64,000 nt of DNA from Paraphysomonas bandaiensis (GCA_965644295.1 CBFFRP010000309.1:1-64000), one strand, 5' to 3'; counted from the stretch's first letter, positions 51,436-64,000 are shown. Notes: generated by a model from the sequence alone, not told the origin. Made by a program: numbers and translations.

Positions 51436-52310
51436 GCCCCCTATATTATGTTTCACTTATGTTATACTACCATATATTGTTGTATTCTAGTTTTGTACTT
51501 TATTCTGCAATGAGTGTTTGGTTCGATACATTTAGTATCCATTGAAGTACGTTATTTTATCTGATGTTTATATTGATTTAACATGATGATTTGTGATTAT
51601 TCGACTAATAATAACCAATTTTGATTTTGATTAGTACAATACTTTAACAATGAGTAAGTACCGAGGTGCTAGTAGATCACACTACACTGGACACGTGCAT
51701 AGTCATGACGATAGATCCATGCATTGGAAAGGAGCTGATAGTTTAGAGCAGATGGATCTGTGAAGACAACCTAGCTAATGCTGTTCCATGTAGCTTTTTC
51801 GTTCCATTCTCTGTCAACATTAGTTGTATACGAAGTAACCACAATAGAAATTATTTGAGGTATTGTTGGCGGCGTTACACACATGTTATCTTATCAATGA
51901 CCAAAGTAATAGCTGCATATAAGTATATAATAGCTGTAAATTTTGGGTTTAAATTTTTTGATAATTATGAAAGTGGTAGCAAATACTGATACAAAACTAA
52001 GTTCAGTTTTTAACTGACATTTTCGAATACTATATCATTCTCATTGTGTCCAACAACAATCATTGTTCAGAGTGTAGGACTTCGCCTAAATGTACATGGT
52101 CCTCTATAAACGAGTGTGATTTCGATATTTCTATTATTTGTTTACTTTTTCATACTACTAGATATTGAAATAAGCATCGAAGTTGTTAAATTACCACATG
52201 TCGAGTGTCCATGAAACGCTGACACACGCCAGAGCCCAAGAACAATTCTCAAGTACATTGGAAACCGTTTTCTATCAGAGCACAACTTGTCTATGCAAAC
52301 GACGTATCAG

Positions 52311-53635
52311 CTAGACAACACCTGAGTACGTGGTAGGCAATTCCATTGGTGCACCCATTGATACCGACTTAAAGTAATAGTAGAAGAAGTCTGTCATAAT
52401 TCCAATATGTCCAATCTGTGCAAGTAGGACGATATATCCCGCCATCCTACTGCCTGAGTAGTGCAGAAGTTCTCTGAAGGATGTGATCCAGAACATGAAC
52501 TCAAACACCCGCGAAAATCCGAGAGCGAACACCATGTGACTAGTAAGTGTCTATGGTAAAAGAATATCCAATAAGACAGGTATTTACTAACGTATGATAC
52601 ATTTGGATTCATGTACAGTCATATTCTTACGTACTTAACTACATACACCTCGAATTGCATGCCACAGCAACCATCATAGGAAAAGTCACAATTCCCTTAC
52701 CTCAACTATTCCCCCTTCATCTGTGGCCTGCTTCTGGAACATATACAGCTGAGGTAACATTGCAACACTCTCCAGGTACATTGATATTGTCCAACAAATA
52801 TCCGAGAACCACTCGTTATTCAATGACCTACCAGACCGTACGTAAGTAATGAACAAACCAGGAAAGAAAACTTACGGGTGAAATATTATGGCCATCAAGA
52901 CGCAAGGCCCAAGTAGATACAATCCGCCTAGACGGTCAGGAACGTGTAAATTTCCGAACTTATCGTACTTCTCATCATACGTAGACAATAGTGGTACAAA
53001 GAGCAAATAAACTGCAAAACAAACAGATCCCAAACTAACAATTTCAACGAAGTGATAAAACCAGTCACCAGTCTTATCAAACGGAAGGTATCCTTGGTGC
53101 CGCAAAATAGACATCAGTCGACATAAAAAGACTACACCATACAATTCCAATGTTTTCACAGAGACTCCTTTAGCAGTCTTGCCGGTAAGCATTTTATAGT
53201 TCAAAAGAGCAAATCCAAAGCAACGCATGAACGAGGCGTACGTCTGAATGCATTAGCATGAGTGGATAACAATAAATAAGTACGCTACACTCACCAAGAG
53301 AAAAGAGAAATCTCCACTCGAGAACAGGAAATAAACAATCAATGATAGAGTCATAAATCCACCCCATAAGGCAATGTTCTTATTGTTTGACACAAAGGTG
53401 GATGTGAGTAACCTGTATAATAGAGGAGTGAGTCGAAGCTATGAGACATACAGAGACATATAGAAGCATAGACATACATATAGAGACATAGACATACAGA
53501 GACATATAGAGGCATATACAGTCATTATAGAGACATAGACATACAGAGACATATAGAGGCATATACAGTCTCATAGACTTATATAGACATAAGCATATAG
53601 AGGCATATCTATACATACTCTTTGGCTTCTTCCAT
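52311..53635 (-). CDS. ER lumen protein-retaining receptor family (ERD2-related, extra N-terminal TM)
   Basis: SSGDFSFLL, KGVSVKTLELY, GYLPFDKTGDWFY, SMYLESVAMLPQLYMFQK, HMVFALGFSR, DFFYYYF. Confidence 0.92.
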
Positions 53636-54944
53636 TCTAAAACTCTGCTTCATGATAACTAATAGATGCTATAATCAAACTATTCACAAACGACGAACAG
53701 ATGTAATGAAAAGAGAATAATGAAAAGTGAATGATTCTTTGGGAATGCTTACAAGTATGCAGTTCACTCTCTCTCTCTGTGTGTATATATATATATGGAG
53801 CCCTATGAGTGTATGAGTGATATGTGAGATCATAGAGCAGCAATTTCCAACACCTGGAATACAGAGTATACCATATATATACGGCAGTAGATATACAAGG
53901 CATATAAAAGTCTAGAAGTACACAGTATTCTATGGTATTCCATGGTATTCTTGGGGGATGTACTTCTACTCATTGTACTGCTGTATAGTTGTGCTCTGAT
54001 GCAGTACCCACTGCAGTCGTACTACGTATCACATATGTCGTACAATTGTTCTCATATTCAATTACAATAAAGTCCAGTTTTAGATGAAAATCTACAAATT
54101 TACTATAAATTAGGCAAAATCTCTCCATTTAATAAAGTGAAGTGAAGTGAAGTTGAAGTGATCAAGATGTGCCTATGAAATGATCTGGTGCTGGATCAAC
54201 GAACGATGATAGGTGCAAAGGATTTGAATGATGTTATCTATACATATACATATACATCCTTCAATAGTTATCATAATATTAAAAGCATGACCACTCAATC
54301 ATACATATGAAAGGAGGTCATCTGATGAAGAAAGAGCGATGTCTAGAGGTAGTTTGATACCGTATCCATTAGTCTTGTATTGAGTTTGCCCAAGAGAGGA
54401 TTACAGACATGTCTTATGCCATAGATAAGCCGGAGATTCTATCAATGGAAAATCCATTACAAGTTGATGTTATTGACCGTGAAGTGACTTATACAGGTAC
54501 TCTTTGTAACGATGAGGATCTATCCCCATATATCCAAACTACCCTGGAAGAGTATTCCAGATACTATCATACTGCATCCATCGCCCCCTCTGCGCCTGCA
54601 GTGTTGGACACGATTGAGTACCTTAATAACAGTGCGGCACATTTGCGATATCCAGGTGTGGAAGAGAATGTTGAATTTGAAGATTACCCTCAGTTATCGA
54701 TAGAGGAATTGTACAACCAGTCCAGATTTCTCCTGAACTACCATCCGCAGAGTAGTCCTCCACAATCCACTTTCAGTTGCGTGCCTAGAAGTAACAAACG
54801 TCTTGTTGACAACTGTGGAAGTGGGTATACAAATCTTCTCCTAAGTTTTGGACCAAAGGTCCGATTAGGGAAATACTACATCACGGGGCCAATATTTGGA
54901 ACAGCATCATTGTATAGCATGAATCCTCACCGAGAGCTGATAAA

Positions 54945-56670
54945 TAGGGCTAACCATAAGTAATAACCATAAGTAGCTTTTTTTTCGTTTTTTTGTCCCC
55001 TCTCATAGGATAAGTACGGGATTTTGTTGTACCAACTGCAAAAACCTGTAACTGTTAAAACATCTCAACACTTGTGACACTTACATCTACACTGCTGATC
55101 AGTCAATTCAATATAAAATTAAAGTGCAGGTAATTGACATTAATTGCCACTTGCTGACAACTAACAATGGTTTCAGGAGCAACTCAAAAGCGCGCGAAAG
55201 GGACCAAAAGGAAGCGCACGAAAAAAGCTGCTGCCGACGCCTGTAAGCTTAGAGAGAGAAGACAATGGCGTTTGATTAATTTCGACAAAGAGTCATTCAA
55301 GCGGCCTCATGCTATACGCGAGAAACGCCATCTGTGTTTTAATGTGCGAAAAGGGGGTCAAAGGGCATCCCTTTTGGAGATTTTCTTGAAGTTTCTCCCT
55401 CCTGCCTTTGTCACGAAGATTGCATCGGAAATTCCTAAACATGAACTCAGATACTTCAATGGATGGACACTGCGGTTGTCTTTGAAAAAGATATATTGCA
55501 TATTGGCCATTAAGATTCGAATTTATGGTGAGCAGTGTGTACCTGTTAGTGTCAAAGCACGGACCCGTCCTTTGCGTCTTCAAATCAAGGCGTTCAAGAA
55601 ATATTTTGAGGAGAAATACCTCGTCAAGACGTTCGGAATCGTTGGTTGTGAACTTGTTTTGTCTCATTTTCTGGTTGATAGCACGTATCTGGAAGAGTTG
55701 TCAGCTAATTTTATGAGTATTGTCAGGCATATTGGTACCTATGTTGCAGGGGACGAAAAGTTGCTTCGCTTTTTTGGTGAAAGTGATAATGTTCGTGTGG
55801 TTTTTAGCAAGCCTGATAGAGTGGGGCTGTGGTTCTATCAGCTAGCATCAATTTTGTCCAATGGTTTGTCCTACTTGTTGCATTTATGCCTACATGATGT
55901 TAGTAAATTAGACGAAGGGTCATTTCCGGTTTCTCAAGTGGTACAAATGTGGTGTCGACATGTACTAGATGGTCCTTATGTGGACAAAGACGTCGATACC
56001 TTGCTTGTCTTTGACTCGTTTTACCATTCTAGCTCAACTAGGGAATTCTTGAATCGACAAAACGTTAAGTACATTGGAGCCGTCCACCCTAATCGATTCA
56101 AGCTTCAAACGGATATGCTTAAGAAGAAGATACGCAAGGTGGGGGACTTTGCTGGCGTTTACAACAAGACTACGGGCGAGATAATTGTTCAGTACTATGC
56201 AAAGCCACAGCATGGCCAAAAAGATGCTAAGATTAGGACTGCTATGAGCAATGCATACACACGATATGGTCGACGAGGTACTCATCACCATCGCCCTGCT
56301 ATTGATGCGTACAAAAAGAAGTTTGGTGTATGCGATTTGTTTAACCGACAGATCAAATACCGCATATGGCCGCACAAGCATGGGGGTAAAGGTGTTAAGG
56401 GTGAAAGGGGTAAGCAGGATTCCTTTGCGTTTGGCTGCATTTTGCAAAATACATTTAATGCCTATCGTGATATCAATGATGTAGCTAGTGAAGAATATGA
56501 TTATCATAGCTTCTGTATGCAGCTAGCTGATCAAGTATATATGTACGCACTAGAACAGAGTACTGCTACTATATAACATAGCTTTGCAAGACAACTACTT
56601 GATTGAATATAATAATGATACGATTAGTTTTTTGAGATCTACTCGTGGTTATCACTTGTGGTTAACCCTA
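54945..56670 (+). mobile_element. 1,726-bp piggyBac-like DNA transposon with 32-bp imperfect TIRs
   Basis: Left TAGGGCTAACCATAAGTAATAACCATAAGTAG (54945-54976) vs reverse complement of right TAGGGTTAACCACAAGTGATAACCACGAGTAG (56639-56670), 27/32 identical; removal restores the DOCK frame. Confidence 0.85.
55167..56576 (+). CDS. piggyBac-family DDD transposase, intronless, 469 aa
   Basis: GDEKLLRFFG..SKPDRVGL (D1), LVFDSFYHS (D2), GAVHPNR, PAIDAYKKKFGVCDLFNRQ (D3); basic NLS-like N-terminus; no C-terminal Cys-rich domain. Confidence 0.88.
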   Translation: MVSGATQKRAKGTKRKRTKKAAADACKLRERRQWRLINFDKESFKRPHAIREKRHLCFNVRKGGQRASLLEIFLKFLPPAFVTKIASEIPKHELRYFNGWTLRLSLKKIYCILAIKIRIYGEQCVPVSVKARTRPLRLQIKAFKKYFEEKYLVKTFGIVGCELVLSHFLVDSTYLEELSANFMSIVRHIGTYVAGDEKLLRFFGESDNVRVVFSKPDRVGLWFYQLASILSNGLSYLLHLCLHDVSKLDEGSFPVSQVVQMWCRHVLDGPYVDKDVDTLLVFDSFYHSSSTREFLNRQNVKYIGAVHPNRFKLQTDMLKKKIRKVGDFAGVYNKTTGEIIVQYYAKPQHGQKDAKIRTAMSNAYTRYGRRGTHHHRPAIDAYKKKFGVCDLFNRQIKYRIWPHKHGGKGVKGERGKQDSFAFGCILQNTFNAYRDINDVASEEYDYHSFCMQLADQVYMYALEQSTATI

Positions 56671-59004
56671 AAAAATTACTGAGAGTTTCAATTTTGATGC
56701 AACACCAAAAATCTCTACGGTCGAAGTTCAAAAGTGTTTATCGGGCGCATATGCTTGATGAAGAAAACATTATTCGGGTCGAGGCAGATCCTTTATATAT
56801 TAATCCAGTCCATGGTACATCTAACCCACGGAACTGTTCCGAAGACATATTCCTCGTGATCGAGCTGTCTAAAGTGCTTACTGATGACCCAGATAAGGCC
56901 CTAATACCTTATATTCACCCGGAAAAAAATCGATATTTTCCTCCGATCAATCCTACAGTATTAGGGATACCTGTAGACAGTTGTGTAAATATCGACAGCC
57001 CTTAGGCATAAGCGTCGTCAAAGTATTTAACCCTGACGGAGAGGTGTATCAGAATGTTGTCACTCCTGGTGCTAGTGTACTATCAGTGTTTGCCACAAAG
57101 AGCTGCCAGAACGAAGCTGGGCTCAAACATTGAAAATGAGTACTCTGCGTTTCAGTTTTCTGTTCCATTCACGAAAGGGGGTAGGCTCATGCAAAGCCAA
57201 TGGATCTTCAATGGAAGATAACAGCTGTTCTTTATGTTCCTCATCCTTTTCCGTATGTTCTCACTTGCCAAGCCGTGTGCAAGCGAGAGGTTCGTGACTT
57301 GAGTCCTATAGAAGTTGCCATCGACGATATAAATGAAAGAATTCGTACAATGTACGATGAACTTAACAAGATGCCGTTCAATGACCAAGCTGGTATCAAT
57401 AATCTAATGCGGCTCGTGCAAGGAACAGTTGCTCCACAGGTTTTAAGAGTTGAAATATATATTCTCTATTTCTTATTTCCTTATCAGGTCAACGCTGGAG
57501 CAGCTGAGGTTGCTAGGGTTCACCTTTCTTTGGTTTATGCTTCAGGTGCACTCTCTCAGGAATCAAACTCGTTTCTACATAAAAATAGTGAGAAATTAAA
57601 GGTATTTTTTTGTGGTAGGTCAGTGTGAATTTTAATATGTTGAATTTTTGAGCAAGTCTAAACAGATTCTAGAGAATATCGCTTGTTAACTGTTAACATT
57701 AGATACGACAATTAGCTTGTGTGGAGCTTCGCCGGACACGGAACCGTCACTGCTATCTTTTCCAAGTGTGACATCTGAAGTATCCATCTTATCTTCTTCG
57801 TCAAGTAAATAAGTTATCGAGAAATATAATATTGTGATGATATTGCCGTGGACTCGGTGAGTCCTGTGCCGTCTGAGGACGGAATAGCTTTCACTGCATC
57901 TGTAACTCCGGTGTGTTCCACAAACGCCAGTACTAACGATGCTACGGAACTCGTATGGCTCATTGAAATGGAAAAGGGGTACGATATGCTTGTGGATTCT
58001 ATACATCTTCATATCAGCGATATATCAGTATTATCGCACTCGCCTACATCGTTTTAGAGACCATCTATACTTTTGTTATAGACTTTTTATTATGTACAGT
58101 GTTGGTATTAGCATATTAATACTTAATTTATTGATTTCATCATTCTACAAACTTATATGATTACGTTGAGAAGAAGCACAGGAATTGTCAGTGAATTGTG
58201 AGTTAAAGGCAGATCGGAGAAGGCACTCACAGAAATACCACTACGTTGCAAGAATCTCGAAATAAACTGTCGTACCTAGTTCATCATTTTGATTATGATG
58301 ATCTGCTTTAGAAAGTTGACTCATCATTGTGGCTTCCCTGAAACTTTGTCAATATCATAATCTCTTTTTAAACGGTGCTAATATGTGCGCTCTGTTGAGC
58401 CCAATCCTGATCAGAAAAACACTTTTTCTAGACGAAAACGGAATAACTAAAAAATTTATATGAAGCGACGCAGTTAATAACAAATGACTTTGAACTAAAT
58501 TGGTATCTAACTCATATATCAGCATTGAAAGTGATTTTATTAAATAATACTCTATATTGCACAGTTACTGAGTTCTGTAAGAAGAGATACAGTAAAATAG
58601 TGATGTTGTAGCACTGTGATTGTAGAAATACATAATCATCAACACCAATATTTTATCTACAATCATATCTTTAATAGCATCTACTCCTAGTATTGTAATC
58701 CTGCAGATTCTGTATTTCATTGCTACATAGAATACAGGATATTGAAAGTCTTATTATTTAACAATAGGCGTTAAGAGAATACAGGATAGCTACTGATCGA
58801 CAGGATTCCTTTAGACACAGGAGGGTGTGTAGTGCAGCTTGGCAGGCGGCGTACGTAAGTCTTGAGATTTATCGTGATAAAAGACTCACTGTATACGCCA
58901 TATCTGGTCTCGTGTGCACTGACAACGGCCAATTATACAAGAGCACTAACAACAGACTAGATGGAAACACTTCAGTACATTCACGCTGTTTAGGAAGAGC
59001 TGTT

Positions 59005-59111
59005 TTAAAGCGTGACCATTATGAAAGAATTAAGAAGTTCAAGGCTCGCCTTGTGGCGAATGGCTTCACCCAAGAGCACAGAGTGGACTATACAGCGAGA
59101 CATTCTCTCCG
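59005..59111 (+). mobile_element. Ty1/copia reverse transcriptase N-terminal relic
   Basis: KRDHYERIKKFKARLVANGFTQEHRVDY then, after a frameshift, ETFSP. Confidence 0.8.
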
Positions 59112-59528
59112 GAAGCAACAGGTGTGTCACTTACACTGGTATTGGCCTTAAGATTCAACCTGAAACTTTAACTTGCAAGACATGTTATATTTATTTAGGT
59201 TCGTAATTATAAGGTGTATCATATCGTTCAGATTCGTTGGAGTCAATTGACGTAAACGATTCTCTTTTACTTTAATTATAGTGGTACTCCCGAAGAGAGG
59301 CGATATGTACCTGACTATAGTAATATTGAGTAAAATCCAGCTAATTTCATAGTTGCTGACACGTGAAGAACATATACACACTACTTTTGGCAGTGTTAAT
59401 CATATACGGCGTCACAGGCTTTTGCAAGTACGGTGTCATCGATTGGACATTTATAAATCTATTAAATAACTTTATTGTTATCAATTACAGAAAGTATGTA
59501 TCTAATATTTCAAAACACTTCAATTTAA

Positions 59529-61544
59529 CTACAGTTCATTATGATCATTAGCATATGGCCATCCCAACAAAGTCATGTCTTCACTTGTAAGAGCAACTTT
59601 GGTGATATTAATGTTCTCTCTAAGATGAAGAAGCGAGGTTGCACGTGGAATTACAGCCGCGTTAGTTTGCATAAAAAATCTGTATATTGCAGCATGCTCC
59701 GATAATCCATATTTTCCAGCAACAATTTGAAGTTTTTCTTTCCATTCCTCGTGCAGTAGGTCCACATTCCTTGCAGTGGCATACGGAACATACACGACGT
59801 CATGCTCCGAGCACCACTCTCGCATGTCCAAGTCTAGTTCGCCCACCTGTGCGAAGTTTTGCACCGCATGCGGTCCGGTGGTGGCCACTTTCACAAGCTG
59901 GCTCAATGTCTCCATATCAAAATTACTCACCCCAATGGACATGATCTTCCCCTCTGCATAAGCCCGCTCCAGGGTCCTCCAGGACTGCTCCCATGTACCG
60001 GTGGAGTCAACAGTTTCTTCGCAGTGCATCCAATCCACAGATGGATCGCAACTATAAAATGATCCGCGTTAGTTATAATTTAAGAAAATCACACAAATAT
60101 ACACTACATTAGGAATATATATACTGAGATACTTACAATGGCCAGTGCAATAGGTACATATCCACATAGGCACTGCCCAGGTCGTGAAGCGACCATTGAA
60201 CCTCATCGGTAGTAGCTTTAACTCCTAGATGTGTCGGCCAAACCTTAGAGGTAATAAATACTTCTTCCCTTAGCGGAATGCGATTGTCCGCTTCAGATCG
60301 CCGAATCACGTGGCCGACGTATGCCTCGTTGCCATACTGACGGGCCATGTCAAACATGCGATATCCTAGTCGCATGGCTTCGAGCAGCACGGATTCCGTA
60401 ATACTGAGCGGAATACCACCTGTTCCCAGGCCCAATGCAGGAAACACGATTCCATTTCTAAGTTCAAAAAAACTCTGAGACTCGGGTAGGAAATCGATAC
60501 TGCGGTGATCACGCAGACCAGCGTATACATTACGCTCAGAATTCCCGCTAATGACCTTGGTTGGGAGGGCGTGCCACTCATTATCAAATGCATAGAACCA
60601 CTCGGCACCATCAATCAGGCCCGGTAACGTGGCGTCATGACGTACATATGCCAGACCTTCATCTGAAGAAGGGTTTTCTCCGATAATCCAGGTGGATTCT
60701 TGCTTATAAAGGTAGAACTGTTTGTCGGTATTCATGTTTACCTGTGAAAACAGTGGGTTGCTCGAATTCCCTTGTTGCACATAGAACCCAGATAAAGGCC
60801 ACGCGAACCCCGTTACATCAAGATACACAGTGGTGTCATGATCCACACATTCGAGCACGAAGGAGTCATCCTTTACCCATCCCTCTTCAGACAAACTGTG
60901 CCACTGGTGCCTTCCGTTGTCATTGACTGCATGCACCAAATGCGGCATAACGGCCCAAGACTCCACATACGCAATAGCAGAATCACGAGATCCAAATTTA
61001 TCGTTTATCAACCTACGGGGATGTTAAACAAATAGATTTCGGCATCAGCATATACCGCATGTACAATCACACTATACTATACACACACATATATATACAT
61101 ATATTATTCCATATACAGCGTTCTATAGCACACTACATCACTCATATCATATCTCATTATCGTGTATCTCAGTAGTGTATCTCGGTACAGTGCATGTCAG
61201 TACAGTGCATGTCAGTACAGTGCATGCCAGTATAGTGTATGTACGCACCACATGCCTATGCCCTCTCCGGTAGGCTCCACACACACATGATACATATACA
61301 GGGGCCGATCAGGATCATCTAGAGAGACATATGCTGGTCTCTGTGTCCCCTGAGAGGGTCTGTGAGAACTTTCATTGTGTTTATCTGAGTGGTGATATGA
61401 GTGTATGTATGTATCTGTGTGTGTATCTATAGACAGAGACACGAATGAGCGGGACCCTATAAAATCACTATGAAGATTGATGACGCTACTCCCTTGAGAG
61501 AAGGGGAGAGATAGTAGAAGGAATAGGGAGGGATAGAAGACCAT
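59529..61544 (-). CDS. Aldo-keto reductase with signal peptide, N-terminal Trp-rich extension and C-terminal HNEL
   Basis: PALGLGT, GYRMFDMARQYGNE, REEVFITSKVWP, YVDMYLLHWP, GKIMSIGVSNF, VIPRATS; D-Y-K-H tetrad present. Confidence 0.9.
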
Positions 61545-61610
61545 TAGGATTGAATTACTAGATTACTAGATTACGTTCCCTCCAAACTACCTTAAAACAA
61601 TACACAAACC

Positions 61611-62010
61611 CATACATACATACATACATACATACATACATACATACATACATACATACATACATACATACATACATACATACATACATACATACATACA
61701 TACATACATACATACATACATACATACATACATACATACATACATACATACATACATACATACATACATACATACATACATACATACATACATACATACA
61801 TACATACCTACATACATACATACATACATACATACATACATACATACATACATACATACATACATACATACATACATACATACATACATACATACATACA
61901 TACATACATACATACATACATACATACATACATACATACATACATACATACATACATACATACATACATACATACATACATACATACATACATACATACA
62001 TACATACATA
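61611..62010. repeat. (CATA)n microsatellite, about 400 bp
   Basis: Read directly; one CCTA interruption near 61807. Confidence 0.98.
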
Positions 62011-64000
62011 GTACATACATGCGGGGTCCCTACGGCTGTAGGCATATGATATACTTGTTATCTGCTGTATCTTATGAGTTATGTGGAGGAGGAATAGTAC
62101 GATGATCGGATGCATTGATTATGTTGAGGAGGGGTTAGTTATACCTTATGAAGATTGATTGAGTGCTGATATGATACGCATGCTTTCAGTCATATACGAT
62201 TGTAACTATGAGTCGTTGAGTGTTATGCATGTCACCCTTATGCTCCTCTAGTATGATATTCAGCATTATTCACTCAACATGATGTTAACTTTATCTACAT
62301 TGGATGTGAAACTGCCCTAAGCCGTTATTCAGTTGTCATATTTCACGTCGCTGTTGTGTATTGCAGTCGTTCGACGACAGTGATTTCCACCTCAGTACAA
62401 AGAGACTTGCCTGAGAATGATACCTGCTTTCACTCTTCTTATGTGTAGATGTATTACTCTTGTATACCTTGCATCTGTCTGCTAGGTATGTGATTTTAGC
62501 ATATATTGGAGGAGGTGAAGTTTGCACTCGCTGTAATACTACATCGCTATTAATCCTCTCGTAAACCATACTGTTTCAGTTTCGACATTAGCATATCCAT
62601 TTGACTATTTTGCATTTAAGAGTGGTTAGACCATATTTGATATAACAATATTAATTCAGAATATCATATATAATAATTTCAGAGCAACCGTATTTGCATA
62701 ATTCATACCAACTAGTACTTAGTAATCAGTAACTACTCCTGTCTAAATAGCAGAGACCACATCAGTGATATCACACTGTTTCTGTTTACTTGTTGTACCT
62801 TAATCCTTAATGAATGAACAAGCCACCCATTATTTACAGTTATAGAAACAATATTATCACGAATTTAAAGCTATGGCTACGTTAATTCAGTCTGAAGAGG
62901 ACACAATCATAGTATTAAACAACTCCTATTAAATTATAATTAGATTTTAAACACGGGCAATAAGGGGGCTATATCACCCCGCGCTCAATTTTGAAACGAG
63001 GACGAACACCCCGAGTATTTAAATTTAGACATGGGACGATACTCCTTATCCCTAGGTTAAATTGTAGCCTATCCTCATAATATTAGATTGTATAGCTATT
63101 AGTAGCTTGCTTGCTGTAAGAAGATTATGTGTTCCCAGATTAACAATAAGAAAACAAATGAGAAGTCATATTGTTTCAAATCAATGGTATGTATACTGTG
63201 TATGCTCAAGGAATAGCAACTGCACTATAGACACCAAATTTCTATTATAGCTACAACAAATGCACTCCGACCACAGTAGAGCAGTAGAGTACTGAGGGAA
63301 TAGCAACTGCGAAATGTTGAAATTCGTACATTAGTGTGATGATGAATGTGAACAATTGTAGTCGCACGAAAGGCTTCTTATTTCCTTAATTAGCATCATC
63401 ATCACATTTAAATACTATACGCTTTAACCTCTACTAGTACAACTGATTTAATGATGTGTATGCTATAAAGCACACAATATCCTGATAAGCATGATGTGAC
63501 CCAAATCCTAAAAGGAATGGATGCCATAATGCCATTGCCCTTAACAACCTATGCAGCATCAGATATGGCACTATAATATTCTTGAACTAGTTTCGAAGTC
63601 CTGGCTATGAAGGCACATCGCTTGCATTGACAACATTATGATCTTCTGGAGCAGAAGAATGATGGAATATAACTGGGAGTGTTTGATGATCAGCTTTGAA
63701 TAGTTGGCTTATGATTGTGGTTTCTCTCTGATAGTGTAGTATAATAAAAGCACATACACATGACAGTCTATATCGTAATTAAGATAGAAGTGAGTTTCAG
63801 GTGAACCGAATATTGAATTCGTATTTGCCCGGTGCTGATATGAGCGCCATGTTGATCCCAAATCAGGTCGAAAAAAGCTTTTCTGAGACAAAATGGGGAT
63901 AATTACTTTAAACTAATACAACTTTTCTTAATGAACAATACTTCAGCTTATTCATTTATTAAAATATAGAATATTCTTTCCGCATGAAGCACCGGACATC

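Larger units (their letters stand above)
54409..58057 (+). pseudogene. DOCK-C/D family Rho GEF pseudogene (transposon-interrupted, frameshifted, centrally deleted)
   Basis: N-region GPIFGTASLY...[TE]...KITESFNFD and EDIFLVIELSKVL..PY; DHR-2 end FQFSVPFTKGG/AHAKPMDLQWK, PFPYV, LSPIEVAIDD, LVQGTVAPQ|VNAG; frameshifts near 56707-56711 and 57177-57184. Confidence 0.8.

Noticed and set aside
36491-53635. GET3, tail-anchored protein and ERD2-like as a functional ER-targeting cluster
   Set aside because: Interspersed with unrelated genes and repeats; proximity is explainable by chance.
56658-57005. 115-aa ORF as a second transposon gene
   Set aside because: Starts in the right TIR and continues into frameshifted DOCK sequence outside the element.
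57027-57034. TTAACCCT as a piggyBac terminus
   Set aside because: Lies within DOCK coding sequence (VFNPD) with no extended TIR match.
62300-64000. Possible hAT-like or other TE remnants near the window end
   Set aside because: Only vague motif resemblance; no TIR, TSD or long ORF found.

Overview
AT-rich eukaryotic nuclear DNA with many short (about 45-100 nt) GT-AG introns and (TATG)n/(CATA)n microsatellites. Gene content suggests a flagellated stramenopile (ochrophyte/chrysophyte-like), which is inference only. It holds about 14 protein genes: GH28 polygalacturonase-like, a helical protein of unknown function, a giant coiled-coil protein, P4-ATPase, calcyphosin-like, cNMP/kinase/PP2C, PA-PNGase F-like, GET3/ASNA1, 2OG-Fe(II) oxygenase-like, a tail-anchored protein, F-box/kelch, a small acidic ORF, ERD2-like and an ER aldo-keto reductase. 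It also has a DOCK pseudogene, 3 tRNA-Leu(AAG), 3 tRNA-Asn(GTT) and transposon debris. Best leads, from hand-splicing: (1) a calcyphosin EF-hand protein fused in frame to a catalytically degenerate lumazine-synthase (RibH)-like domain and bracketed by SPIRAL1/Jupiter-like (P)PGG motifs; (2) one gene encoding 2x cNMP-binding + CaMKK-like kinase + PP2C phosphatase; (3) an intact piggyBac-family transposase with non-canonical TAGGG...CCCTA ends inside a DOCK gene; (4) a 1,038-bp TG...CA element with a 4-bp TSD, carrying a SET-domain fragment, whose empty site is visible in the adjacent tandem copy; (5) long near-perfect foldback hairpins. All family calls come from motif recognition by eye; no searches were run.
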